Assembly: GCA_964637955.1 (NCBI GenBank)
Contig: CAZWXQ010000001.1
Location: 292,849-356,848 of the forward strand
Direction of reading: 5' to 3'
DNA from: an uncultured Gammaproteobacteria bacterium
GTDB taxonomy: Bacteria; Patescibacteriota; Microgenomatia; Levybacterales; UBA12049
Length of the DNA: 64,000 nt
In this document: positions 19,291 to 28,622 of the stretch, piece after piece
How positions within the stretch are numbered: the first letter of the stretch is position 1
Layout of the letters: every line of letters starts with the position of its first letter
The notes under the pieces: model-generated
Databases searched by the model: none
Seen by the model: only the letters and a program-made list of their open reading frames with translations
What the model was told of the DNA's origin: nothing
Made by a program: the position numbers and the translations under genes

Positions 19291-19764
19291 TTATTTAATA
19301 CTATTTATATAATTACTGCTCGAAAATCCTTCCAGCTTTTTGATTTCTATAAGCTTGGCATTCACCTTTTTGCATTGTTCCTTTCTTCTAGAGATGTTTT
19401 TATCACCTTTAGTGAGTGCAATGTAATCAGGCTGAATTTGGACTATAAGTTTATCATAATCTTCGTTTTTTGTCATCCCCGAAAGTGGAATTATGTAGTC
19501 AACTGATGAAAGAGTTTTTAGAAGGGAGGATCTTATGTTCTGCGTGTTTATAGGCCTAGTATTTCCTTTATATTTTTTAATGTTTTCGTCGCTTTCAAGA
19601 AGTAGGAATAATTTATCAGCTATATTTTTTGAGTCCGAGAGAAATTTTATATGACCTGGATGTAAAATATCAAAGCATCCACCTACTAAAACAATGGTTT
19701 GTTTTTTTTGTTTTATGTTTTTTGAAATTTGGGCAGCTTCATCAATTTTTATAATTTTTTTCAC
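19291..19764 (-). CDS. cytidylyltransferase-like nucleotidyltransferase (HldE C-terminal/RfaE-II-like)
   Basis: 157 aa; IVLVGGCFDILHPGHIKFL (HxGH) and KG.TRPI motif as in heptose-1-P adenylyltransferase domain. Confidence 0.7.
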   Translation of the reverse strand: MKKIIKIDEAAQISKNIKQKKQTIVLVGGCFDILHPGHIKFLSDSKNIADKLFLLLESDENIKKYKGNTRPINTQNIRSSLLKTLSSVDYIIPLSGMTKNEDYDKLIVQIQPDYIALTKGDKNISRRKEQCKKVNAKLIEIKKLEGFSSSNYINSIK

Positions 19765-21221
19765 TGAGTTTTAGTGCCTCTTAAAAATACTGCTTGCCAA
19801 GGTCTGTAGTTTGATCGAAAGGTATCTGAAATAATTACTTTTCCATCTCTGGTAACCGTTCTGGTAAATACTGTGTTTGCTCCAGCCGCTGCGAAATCTA
19901 CTTGTTTTACAGTTCCTGCGGGAAGTGTTGGATCATCTTCAAATTTGGCTTCTGGGGCAGGGCTTTGATTTGTAATTACAGGAGTTGTAACTTCACTAAT
20001 TCTTCCGTCACTTGTGCCATAGATCATAAATGTAAGCCTTAGCTCTTCAGGATCTAGGATGCTTTGAACCAATATGTGATGTCCGGTGTCATTTTTAAAT
20101 TTAAAATCGACTGATGGAACATAAACTGTCGCATCGATTCCTGGTGAAGAATCTTGCTCATAATAACCTACTCTGTAAGCATGTGCATGTCTTTCAACTA
20201 TTGGGAGTCCTGCGTTCAATGCAGCTCTAAAAAGGGTAGTAGATACTTGGCAAATTCCACCCCCATCGCCCAGCACTGTTTTTCCTCCTGATATTACATA
20301 AGCTTGTTTGTATCCTGTTAACGAAGAAACATCGCCTACTGTTTTAGCAAATGAAAATGTTTCCCCAGGGGGAACTAGTGTTCCATTAACCCTGCTTGCT
20401 CCAAGCGCTACATTAAAAATTCTGCTTTCAATGGAATGTTGATAAGTGGAAGTGCCAGATCCAATTAATTCTTTTATTCCCATCTTATTAACTTTTTCTG
20501 TTGTAAGGTTTGGCGAGAGAGTTTTCACTGGTATATCAATTTTTATAATTCGTATGCTTTCTGAATTTGTAGAATTTCCACCCTTAGCAATGACTTGCTT
20601 CGTTAACTCCTCTTTATTAATCTCTCTTCCATTTTCGGATGCCCTAAACTCCGCAACCCTTCCATCTTGGAAATTAAATACTGCTTCAACTGGGGCCTTG
20701 TTTATTTTTACATACAATGGATCAAGTTTTTCCTCTAATTTTTCGTCAGAATACTTATATGCGGGGGAAAGATTTACGCCATTTATGTAAGATTGAATTA
20801 TCATTCCCACACTTGTTACGGGATCTTTTGTTCTTCCAATGCTCATTGCTTGAGTGGCGAGTAGGTTTTCATCGTATCCAAAGTCGATATCTTTTGCAGA
20901 AATAGTAGCTACCTCTTTTTCAAACTTAAATTCAAATTGAGAATTTGATAAATCACTATTTTTTTGGGTAAAATAATTTTTAACTTCGCTTTCTGATTTT
21001 TTGCTAAAATCCACTCCGTTTATGCTGACGCCAGGATAAATTTTGCCTTTATAATAGTTTTGGAATGCTAAATAGGTGAAACTCGTAATTAAAAATAGGG
21101 AAATTATTGCACCAACTGAGAACCAAAAAACAATTCGTGAAGCATTTTTTACATGCCTCTTTGTAATTTTTGGTTTCTGTTCTAATTCTTTTTCTTGTGT
21201 TTTAACTTTCGAAGATTTCAT
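19761..21221 (-). CDS. VanW-family protein (membrane-anchored, peptidoglycan-associated)
   Basis: 486 aa; N-terminal TM; VanW core GGGICQVSTTLFRAALNAGLPIVERHAH. Confidence 0.8.
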   Translation of the reverse strand: MKSSKVKTQEKELEQKPKITKRHVKNASRIVFWFSVGAIISLFLITSFTYLAFQNYYKGKIYPGVSINGVDFSKKSESEVKNYFTQKNSDLSNSQFEFKFEKEVATISAKDIDFGYDENLLATQAMSIGRTKDPVTSVGMIIQSYINGVNLSPAYKYSDEKLEEKLDPLYVKINKAPVEAVFNFQDGRVAEFRASENGREINKEELTKQVIAKGGNSTNSESIRIIKIDIPVKTLSPNLTTEKVNKMGIKELIGSGTSTYQHSIESRIFNVALGASRVNGTLVPPGETFSFAKTVGDVSSLTGYKQAYVISGGKTVLGDGGGICQVSTTLFRAALNAGLPIVERHAHAYRVGYYEQDSSPGIDATVYVPSVDFKFKNDTGHHILVQSILDPEELRLTFMIYGTSDGRISEVTTPVITNQSPAPEAKFEDDPTLPAGTVKQVDFAAAGANTVFTRTVTRDGKVIISDTFRSNYRPWQAVFLRGTKTQ

Positions 21222-21255
21222 TGATTAAGGAGTATTGGTATTATACTATATAATA

Positions 21256-22764
21256 ATGGAAGAAGGAACGTTTCCGAAAGATCCAGATAGTGCTATGCCC
21301 GAGCCTAAAGACTCCTGGGAAAATTCTTCCAATATTCTTAATAATCCATCTGAAGTAAATCCACATACTTCAAATCCTCCTCCAATTGTTTTTAAATCAA
21401 ATTCAGGAAATGAAAATGATGAGAAAAAATTATCTTCAGGAGATTCATCAAAGAAAATTTTAAAACTTGTAATTGGAATGTTTGTAGTATTGACTATTAT
21501 TCTTTCGGTCCTCACATTTATTGTGCCTAGATTTACTGAAAAAAAAGTTAAGGATGTGACACTTACTTACTGGGGACTTTTTGAAGATGAAAGTATAGTA
21601 AGGCCAGTTCTTGATCAATTTCAAGAAGAAAATCCCCACATTAAAGTTGAATATAAAAAACAAGAATTACCAGAATATTTAGACAGACTTTTGGTTCGTT
21701 CTGCAAATGGAAACGGGCCCGATGTTTTTAGATTCCATAATACTTGGTATCCAACTCTCTCTGGTCTTTTATTACCACTTCCTAAGGAGACAATTGAAAA
21801 AAGTCAATTTAATGATAATTATTACGATGTCACAAAAGGAGATTTAATTAAAAGAGGCACGATTTACGGCATACCACTTCATTCAGATACTCTCGCTCTT
21901 TTTATAAACACTTCTTTGTTTCAGCAAATGTCTTCAGAAACAGGTAGTGAAATTCCAATTCCTAATACTTGGCAAGAGTTTATAGACTCATCAGTGTCTT
22001 TAACGAAAAGAGATGAGAATGGAGCGATTTCAATTGCTGGAGCAGGTATTGGAACATATGATAATGTGACTCATGCTCCTGATATAATTTCTCTTTTGTT
22101 TGCTCAGAATGGTGTAGATCTTGCAAATCCTTCAGCAAGTCAAGAGAAAATAGCAGACGCAATGAGATTTTATACGAATTTTGCTGCTGTAGAAAATAAT
22201 GTTTGGGATGCAACGCAAGATTCTACAAAAATTGCTTTTTCGCAAGGAAAACTTGCTATGTATTTTGGTTATTCTTGGGACTTGGCCGACTTTAAAAAAC
22301 AGAATCCGAATCTTCAAATTAAAGTTGTACCTGTTCCTCAGTTGATAAGTGATGAGAAGATAAATATCGCGAGTTATTGGGTAGAGGGAATCTCTCAGAA
22401 AAGTAAGCATCCGACTGAATCTGCTCTACTTTTAAAATTCTTGGCAAGAAGTGATATTGCGGAAAAACTCTATGTAGAGCAAGCGAAATCTAGACAAATC
22501 GGGGAGCCTTATTCGTATAAGAGTCTTGCCGAGAAATTAAAAGATACGGACTCATTTATTTTTGTTGATCAGTCAAATACTGCAGAGTCTTCTATTTTCG
22601 TAAGTGATACTTTCAATGCGTCTTATAACGACAAATACAATGAGCATATTAGACAAGCTACAAATTCTATTTTAAATGGTGATTCTGAATCTAGTGCAAC
22701 AGAAGCTATGTTAAAAGGGTTCGCTCAAACCACGCTTGAATTCAGTGGAGCAAGTAAGAAGTAA
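21256..22764 (+). CDS. ABC transporter extracellular solute-binding protein (family 1, sugar-type), TM-anchored
   Basis: About 500 aa; N-terminal low-complexity cytoplasmic tail, single TM, then periplasmic-binding-protein fold. Start uncertain (TTG 21235 vs ATG 21256). Confidence 0.7.
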   Translation: MEEGTFPKDPDSAMPEPKDSWENSSNILNNPSEVNPHTSNPPPIVFKSNSGNENDEKKLSSGDSSKKILKLVIGMFVVLTIILSVLTFIVPRFTEKKVKDVTLTYWGLFEDESIVRPVLDQFQEENPHIKVEYKKQELPEYLDRLLVRSANGNGPDVFRFHNTWYPTLSGLLLPLPKETIEKSQFNDNYYDVTKGDLIKRGTIYGIPLHSDTLALFINTSLFQQMSSETGSEIPIPNTWQEFIDSSVSLTKRDENGAISIAGAGIGTYDNVTHAPDIISLLFAQNGVDLANPSASQEKIADAMRFYTNFAAVENNVWDATQDSTKIAFSQGKLAMYFGYSWDLADFKKQNPNLQIKVVPVPQLISDEKINIASYWVEGISQKSKHPTESALLLKFLARSDIAEKLYVEQAKSRQIGEPYSYKSLAEKLKDTDSFIFVDQSNTAESSIFVSDTFNASYNDKYNEHIRQATNSILNGDSESSATEAMLKGFAQTTLEFSGASKK

Positions 22765-22860
22765 AAGTACTACTAGAGGGCATTGACAAGGGTTTTCATT
22801 TGTTCTAGTATTGGCAATAATAACATTCCCTCATCTTTTTCCGAGGGATTTTCTATATAT

Positions 22861-23322
22861 ATGGACAGTAAAAAAATATATTTAACAAAAGAAGGATTGG
22901 ATGAACAGCAAAAGGAATATGATGACCTTACTAAGGTAAAAAGACCGGAAATCCTTGAGCGACTTTCTGCGGCTCGAAATATGGGTGATCTGTCAGAGAA
23001 TGCAGAATACACCGTTGCTCGTGAAGAGCTCTCTTTTATCGATGGGCGAATTGATGAATTGGAAGAAATTCTAAAACAAGTGGTTATTATTAGTAATAAT
23101 CATTCAAGTACGATAAAATTGGGTTCAACAGTGAAAGTCCACACAGGAAAAGATAATGAAGAGTTTACTGTTGTTGGCGAATGGGAAGCAGACCCTAAGG
23201 AGAAAAAGATTTCACATGAATCTCCACTTGGAAAAGCTTTGATTGGTAAAAAAGTTGGAGAAAAAGTAGAAGTTGAAGCTCCTGCTGGGAAAATTGTATA
23301 CACAATCGAAGCAATTGAATAA
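22861..23322 (+). CDS. greA: transcription elongation factor GreA
   Basis: 154 aa from the internal ATG at 22861 (MDSKKIYLTKEG...); GDLSENAEY motif and C-terminal FKBP-like domain. Confidence 0.85.
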   Translation: MDSKKIYLTKEGLDEQQKEYDDLTKVKRPEILERLSAARNMGDLSENAEYTVAREELSFIDGRIDELEEILKQVVIISNNHSSTIKLGSTVKVHTGKDNEEFTVVGEWEADPKEKKISHESPLGKALIGKKVGEKVEVEAPAGKIVYTIEAIE

Positions 23323-23331
23323 GGTTAAAGA

Positions 23332-24546
23332 ATGACCAATTCTCAAAACGATCACATCTCCAAATTTTATAACTTCCTAGAAGAATCCATTTCAAATTTT
23401 AAATCTCCAAAAATTGTAGAATCAGGGCAAGGTGCATATCTAAAAATAGATGGGATAGATAAGTTAAATTTTTGTTCTAGTCATTATTTGGGATTTCCTC
23501 AAAATCCACGGATTAAAGAAGCTGTCAAAACAATAGTAGATAAGTATGGAATAGCAACTGGTTATAGAACTTTGGCAGGTTCTCACGCTTTACACATAGA
23601 GCTTGAAAGCTCTATTGCTAAATTTAAGGGGACGCAGGATTCTGTTACCTTTTCGAGCGCGTATTTAGCAAACTGTGCAGCAATAACTACAATTATTGGA
23701 AAAGAAGATATTGTGATTTCAGATGAGCTTAATCATGCTTCAATAATTGACGCGGTAAGACTTTCTGGAGTAAAAAATAAGTTAATTTATTCGCATACAG
23801 ATATGGCAAGTCTTGAAGAAAAATTAAAAGAAGCAGATTTTCTTAGGAAGACTCCAAAAAGTAATGGTGATTCTCCTTTGGTTTTAGTAATTACTGATGG
23901 TGTATTTTCTATGGATGGTGACATAGCTCCACTCCCAAAAATATTGAAGTTAGCAAGGGAGTCTGGTGCATTGGTTATGGTCGATGATGCTCACGGTGAA
24001 GGAGTGTTGGGAAAGGGTGGAAGGGGCGTTGTAGATCACTTTGGATTGTTAGGAGAAATAGATATTGAAGTCGGAAGTTTATCCAAAGCATTTTCATCAA
24101 GCGGAGGATTTATCGCAGGAAATAAAAATATTGTCACTTATTACAAGATGAATGCCCGTCAGAGACTTTTTTCAGCATCATTATCTTTGGCTGATAGTGC
24201 AGCAGCACTTGAGGCAATTAAGATTTTAATTGAATCTGATGAGCCAGTTAAAAAACTTTGGGAGAACGTTGAATATCTTAAAAAAGGATTTAGTGATCTA
24301 GGATTTGATACTGGAAAAAGTGAATCTCCAATTACACCAGTTATGATAGGAGATGAAGATAAGGCAAAAGAATTTAGCTTAAAATTATTTGAAGAAGATG
24401 TATATGCAACACCAATTGTTTTTCCAATGGTTGCTAGAGGAAAAGCTAGAATTAGAGTGATTCCATCTGCAGCTCATAGCAAGGAAGACCTTGATAAGGG
24501 AATTGCAGCTTTTGATAAAATCGGAAAGCAGCTTGAAATAATATGA
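23332..24546 (+). CDS. kbl: 2-amino-3-ketobutyrate CoA ligase / glycine C-acetyltransferase (class II PLP aminotransferase, AONS family)
   Basis: 404 aa; PLP-lysine motif GSLSKAF; overlaps the downstream tdh by 4 bp. Confidence 0.75.
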   Translation: MTNSQNDHISKFYNFLEESISNFKSPKIVESGQGAYLKIDGIDKLNFCSSHYLGFPQNPRIKEAVKTIVDKYGIATGYRTLAGSHALHIELESSIAKFKGTQDSVTFSSAYLANCAAITTIIGKEDIVISDELNHASIIDAVRLSGVKNKLIYSHTDMASLEEKLKEADFLRKTPKSNGDSPLVLVITDGVFSMDGDIAPLPKILKLARESGALVMVDDAHGEGVLGKGGRGVVDHFGLLGEIDIEVGSLSKAFSSSGGFIAGNKNIVTYYKMNARQRLFSASLSLADSAAALEAIKILIESDEPVKKLWENVEYLKKGFSDLGFDTGKSESPITPVMIGDEDKAKEFSLKLFEEDVYATPIVFPMVARGKARIRVIPSAAHSKEDLDKGIAAFDKIGKQLEII

Positions 24547-25487
24547 AAAAAATTTTGGTAACTGGAGCATTTGGTTTAGTCGGCACTGAGCTTGTTGACG
24601 CACTTCATAATAAATATGGTAAAGAAAATGTAATTGCAGTTGCTCATAGCAAAAAGCCTGAAAAATTTGAAGGTATTTTGGAGCAAGGAGATGTTACAGA
24701 AAAAGAAAGCATCGTTAAGATAGTTAAAAAACATAAAGTTGATACTATTTATCATCTTGCAGGAATACTTTCAGTGGGAAGTGAAAAAACTCCTTCGTTG
24801 GCATGGGATGTCAATTTAAATGGTTTAAGAAATGTTTTAGATGTAGCAAAAGACGAGAGTCTAAAAGTTTTCTGGCCGAGTTCAATTGCCGCTTTTGGTC
24901 CAACTACCCCAAAGGAAAACACTCCTCAACAAACAGTTCTTGAACCTACAACTATCTATGGCGTTGCTAAAGTTGCTGGAGAGCTTTTATGTCAATATTA
25001 TTTTAATAGATACGGTGTGGATGTTCGTAGTCTTCGCTATCCAGGTCTTAACGGGTGGAAAGCAGAGCCTGGAGATGGGACTACTGAATATGCGATTCAT
25101 ATTTTTTATGGCGCAATAAGAGATGGAAAATATGTATGTCCTCTAAAGCCAGACACAAGGCTCCCGATGATGTATTTAGACGATGCAATCAAGGGTACAA
25201 TAAAGCTTATGGAAGCAGATCCAGAGTCTATTGCTATTAGAACAAGTTATAATTTCGCAGGAATTTCATTTACGCCTGCTGAGCTCGTTGTAGAAATTAA
25301 AAAAATAATGCCCGAGTTTGAAGTTACTTACGTCCCAAATAGCTCTCAGGCGATTGCTGATTCTTGGCCTAAGACGATCGATGATTCTAAGGCGAGAACT
25401 GATTGGGGCTGGAAGCCAGAATTTGATCTTCCTAAAATGACAGAAGCCTTAATGGAAAATTTAAAAAACAAACTTAAATCCTCTTAA
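24543..25487 (+). CDS. tdh: NAD-dependent epimerase/dehydratase-fold protein, likely SDR-type L-threonine 3-dehydrogenase
   Basis: GAFGLVGTEL Rossmann motif, YxxxK; ~314 aa; translationally coupled to kbl as in known tdh-kbl operons. Confidence 0.6.
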   Translation: MKKILVTGAFGLVGTELVDALHNKYGKENVIAVAHSKKPEKFEGILEQGDVTEKESIVKIVKKHKVDTIYHLAGILSVGSEKTPSLAWDVNLNGLRNVLDVAKDESLKVFWPSSIAAFGPTTPKENTPQQTVLEPTTIYGVAKVAGELLCQYYFNRYGVDVRSLRYPGLNGWKAEPGDGTTEYAIHIFYGAIRDGKYVCPLKPDTRLPMMYLDDAIKGTIKLMEADPESIAIRTSYNFAGISFTPAELVVEIKKIMPEFEVTYVPNSSQAIADSWPKTIDDSKARTDWGWKPEFDLPKMTEALMENLKNKLKSS

Positions 25488-25522
25488 TTTTATTTCCATC
25501 ACTTTTTTGAGATAATCCAAAC

Positions 25523-26512
25523 ATGAAAAAATATAGCTTAGCTGTTTGTGGTGGAACCTTTGACTTGCTTCACTCAGGTCACAAAAGTTTTTTGAAAGAA
25601 ATTTTTGAAAATTCTGAAAGAGCGATAATTGGCTTAACTTCTGATGAATATGCTGCTAAGAAAAATTTGGAAATTCAAAAATTTGATTTTAGAAAAAATG
25701 AGCTGATAAATTATCTAAATACTTTTGCTAAAGACGATTATGAGATTTTAGAAATACATGATGTTTTTGGTCCCTTGTTAGACAAGGATTTGATGGTAGA
25801 AGCTTTATTCGTAACACCTGAAACTAAAAATGGTGCAGAAATTGTAAATAAAAGAAGAAAAGAGTTAAATTTCGTGTCCTTAAAAGTTGAAATCATAGAT
25901 ATGAAAAAGGCTGAAGACGGAGGTTTCATTTCTAGCACTAGAATTAGAAAAGGAGAAATTAATAGAGATGGACACGTTTACATAAAAAAAGAATGGTCAG
26001 CTAAAACTTTTCGATTGCCACAAACTCTTAGGAATGAATTGCAAAAACCTTTTGGCAAAATCTTACATAAAGTTCCTGATAAATTGGAAGGATCAAAAGT
26101 TATAACAATTGGAGACATAACAACACAAGAATTCAATAAAAAAAGTATAAATCAAATTCTTTCAATTGTAGATTTTCAAGTTCAGAGAGAAGAAAAATTT
26201 ACTGAAATTTCCGAATTGGTTTTTAATGGTAAAACTGAGATTGAAAAGGTTAAAAATTTAGCTGGGGAGATTAATGGAAAGATATTTGGAAAGATTAAAA
26301 ATTCATTAGAATCAAAGAATAGAAAAATAATTCTCATAGATGGAGAGGAAGACTTAATCGTAATTCCTGCAATTTTAATATCTCCATTAGGATTCAGGAT
26401 TTATTATGGTCAACCAAATGTGGGACTTGTTGAAATAATTGTTAAAGAAGAAATTAAAGAAAAAATTTATAAGTTATTAAATAAGTTTGAAGTATATTTT
26501 TTTGACAAATAA
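25523..26512 (+). CDS. bifunctional archaeal-type phosphopantetheine adenylyltransferase / DUF359 GTP-dependent dephospho-CoA kinase
   Basis: N-terminal GGTFDLLHSGH (HxGH nucleotidyltransferase); C-terminal half with GDITT and IDGEEDL motifs of the DUF359 family. Confidence 0.65.
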   Translation: MKKYSLAVCGGTFDLLHSGHKSFLKEIFENSERAIIGLTSDEYAAKKNLEIQKFDFRKNELINYLNTFAKDDYEILEIHDVFGPLLDKDLMVEALFVTPETKNGAEIVNKRRKELNFVSLKVEIIDMKKAEDGGFISSTRIRKGEINRDGHVYIKKEWSAKTFRLPQTLRNELQKPFGKILHKVPDKLEGSKVITIGDITTQEFNKKSINQILSIVDFQVQREEKFTEISELVFNGKTEIEKVKNLAGEINGKIFGKIKNSLESKNRKIILIDGEEDLIVIPAILISPLGFRIYYGQPNVGLVEIIVKEEIKEKIYKLLNKFEVYFFDK

Positions 26513-26627
26513 ATTTTATTTTGAGATAATGCATTTTATGTTTAAGTTCGAAGTTTCTAAAAAGTCTAAGAAGAACCTCTCTTTGAGGGGCTTTGTCTTG
26601 GCGTAAAGTTTCAGAAACTTAAAAGAC

Positions 26628-26654
26628 AAACCCCTCTATAGGAGGGGTTTTTTA
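26628..26654 (+). terminator. intrinsic terminator
   Basis: AAACCCCTC-tatag-GAGGGGTTT followed by TTTT; a second weaker hairpin (CCTCtctttGAGG) about 45 nt upstream. Confidence 0.6.
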
Positions 26655-26695
26655 GTGGTTAAAAATTTATTAGTCATTATTCAAGAAATATTATT

Positions 26696-27547
26696 ATGAG
26701 TGAATTTATTAATTATTCAAATGCAGATTTTAGTGCTAGCCTAAATGATAGTTCGATTGGTCAGGTTTTTGCTGGAGAACTGAATGTTCATGCTCAGATT
26801 TCAATTGCAAATATTGAAACGCTTGGATATTGTCCAGATTTGAATCGGATAACTGAGGCTATACATAGAGAACCCGGAACTGTTTTGGATTCATCACTTG
26901 AGTCAGTAGTAAATAGTTTTATGCAAATGAAAGCAGTCACTTTAATGGATGGAGCTGAAGCTGTTGGTTATGTTAGGTATACACCTCTTTTAGATGGAGA
27001 TAAAAAAAGACAATTAGGTCTTAGGGATGATTTTCCAGATATTGACGAGACAGGAACAGCGATCATTTTACGCGAATATAGAGGACATCATTATTATCCA
27101 AGACTTCGAACTGCTCTTTTATCTTTAAGAGCACAGGATATGAAAGATGGAAAAGTTTTAATTCTAGGTACAACTAAAAGTCCAAAAATTATTGAATCGC
27201 TTGATGATTCAAATGCGTTGGGTCTGGAATTTGACGTAGTTGATTTTATGGAGGTTGAAAATGTCTCAGCTCACACTTGTGTTTGTGAAGGAGATTTTGG
27301 AAATGGATTCCAGAATGGTATAAACTGTCCAAATAGAGCTACGAATGAAGATTTGATTCAAATAGCTAGGCATGATTGGCAAGGACTCCAAAAAAGAGGT
27401 AGAATGATTGATGGGAAAATTCCCTGTACACTGTACTTATCAAACGCTCGTTTAGCTAGATCTTTGAATGATGAGGTACGAGAGCAATTTGGATCTTTAG
27501 ATAACTTGATAAAAGCGCTTAAGGATGTGGGACATTATGAAAAATAA
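26696..27547 (+). CDS. hypothetical protein (283 aa, soluble)
   Basis: Clean ORF with its own terminator upstream; no recognisable motifs; overlaps the downstream M20 peptidase start by 23 bp. Confidence 0.5.
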   Translation: MSEFINYSNADFSASLNDSSIGQVFAGELNVHAQISIANIETLGYCPDLNRITEAIHREPGTVLDSSLESVVNSFMQMKAVTLMDGAEAVGYVRYTPLLDGDKKRQLGLRDDFPDIDETGTAIILREYRGHHYYPRLRTALLSLRAQDMKDGKVLILGTTKSPKIIESLDDSNALGLEFDVVDFMEVENVSAHTCVCEGDFGNGFQNGINCPNRATNEDLIQIARHDWQGLQKRGRMIDGKIPCTLYLSNARLARSLNDEVREQFGSLDNLIKALKDVGHYEK

Positions 27548-28607
27548 AAAATTATTAGATCAATTTTTGGAGTTAGTAAAAATAGATAGTCCTACTGGGC
27601 AAGAAGATAAAATCGCTGATTATATTTTGAACTATTTTAGAGAAAGAAAAATAGGAGTTAATAAAGATCCATTCGGAAACGTTATAGCAAAAATTAGTGG
27701 TTATGGTGAGCCTTTGTTTTTGTCTGCGCATATGGACACTGTGGAGCCAGGTAGAGGAATTCAGCCGATCATAAAGAATGGAGTTATAAAAAGCTCAGGT
27801 GACACTATTCTTGGTGCTGACAACAAAGATGCATTATCATCAATACTTTCAGTAGTAGATTATTTAATTCAAGAGAAAATTGAATATCGAAGTTTGGAGC
27901 TGGTTTTTACAGTTAGCGAGGAATCTGAATGTTTAGGTGCTGTAAAGCTTGATTATAAAAAAATTAAATCTAAAAAAGGTTTTATTTTTGATGCTGCAAA
28001 GCCAATCGGAACAATTATAACTGCCTCTCCATATTATCTAAGATTTGATATTGAAATTTTAGGAAATTCTGCTCATGCATCTCGTCCTGAGATAGCAAAC
28101 AATTCAGTATTAGTTTTCGCTGATGCTATGAGGAGAATAAAGCTTGGGAAAATTGACGATAAAACAATCGCAAATATTGGAATTGTTTCTGCTGGACATG
28201 CAAGAAATACTATTCCTGGACAGATGAAATTGATAGGGGAAGTAAGAAGTTTTGAAAATGGTGTTGTCGAAAAAGTTTCAAAAAATATTGTGAGTGAATT
28301 TGATAAATCGGCAAAAAAATATGGTTCAAAAATTAAATCTGATATTGTTTTAGAGAACCCAGGGTATGAGTATAGTCAGAGTGATCCAATTATAAAGTTT
28401 GCAGAAAAAATACTCTTAAAAAATGGTGAAAAAGTATTTCTAGAAAGATATCAAGGATGTAGTGATGCTAATATTTTTATAGATAAAGGATTAAAGATTT
28501 TAAATTTTGGTAATGGAAGTAAAAATGCGCATACAATTAATGAAGAAATTTCTATAAAAAATTTGGAAAGACTTTTTAACTTAATTCTTTCATTAGTAAC
28601 TTCGTAA
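27525..28607 (+). CDS. M20-family metallopeptidase (peptidase T-like)
   Basis: LSAHMDTVEPG and GADNKDALSSIL metal-binding motifs; 360 aa. Confidence 0.8.
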   Translation: MWDIMKNKKLLDQFLELVKIDSPTGQEDKIADYILNYFRERKIGVNKDPFGNVIAKISGYGEPLFLSAHMDTVEPGRGIQPIIKNGVIKSSGDTILGADNKDALSSILSVVDYLIQEKIEYRSLELVFTVSEESECLGAVKLDYKKIKSKKGFIFDAAKPIGTIITASPYYLRFDIEILGNSAHASRPEIANNSVLVFADAMRRIKLGKIDDKTIANIGIVSAGHARNTIPGQMKLIGEVRSFENGVVEKVSKNIVSEFDKSAKKYGSKIKSDIVLENPGYEYSQSDPIIKFAEKILLKNGEKVFLERYQGCSDANIFIDKGLKILNFGNGSKNAHTINEEISIKNLERLFNLILSLVTS

Positions 28608-28622
28608 TAGTAAAATACGAAT

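Noticed and set aside
26696-27547. Apparent slightly higher GC of the hypothetical gene suggesting recent horizontal transfer
   Set aside because: Impression by eye only; several core genes (recA, rny) look equally GC-enriched, so composition alone is not diagnostic without computation.
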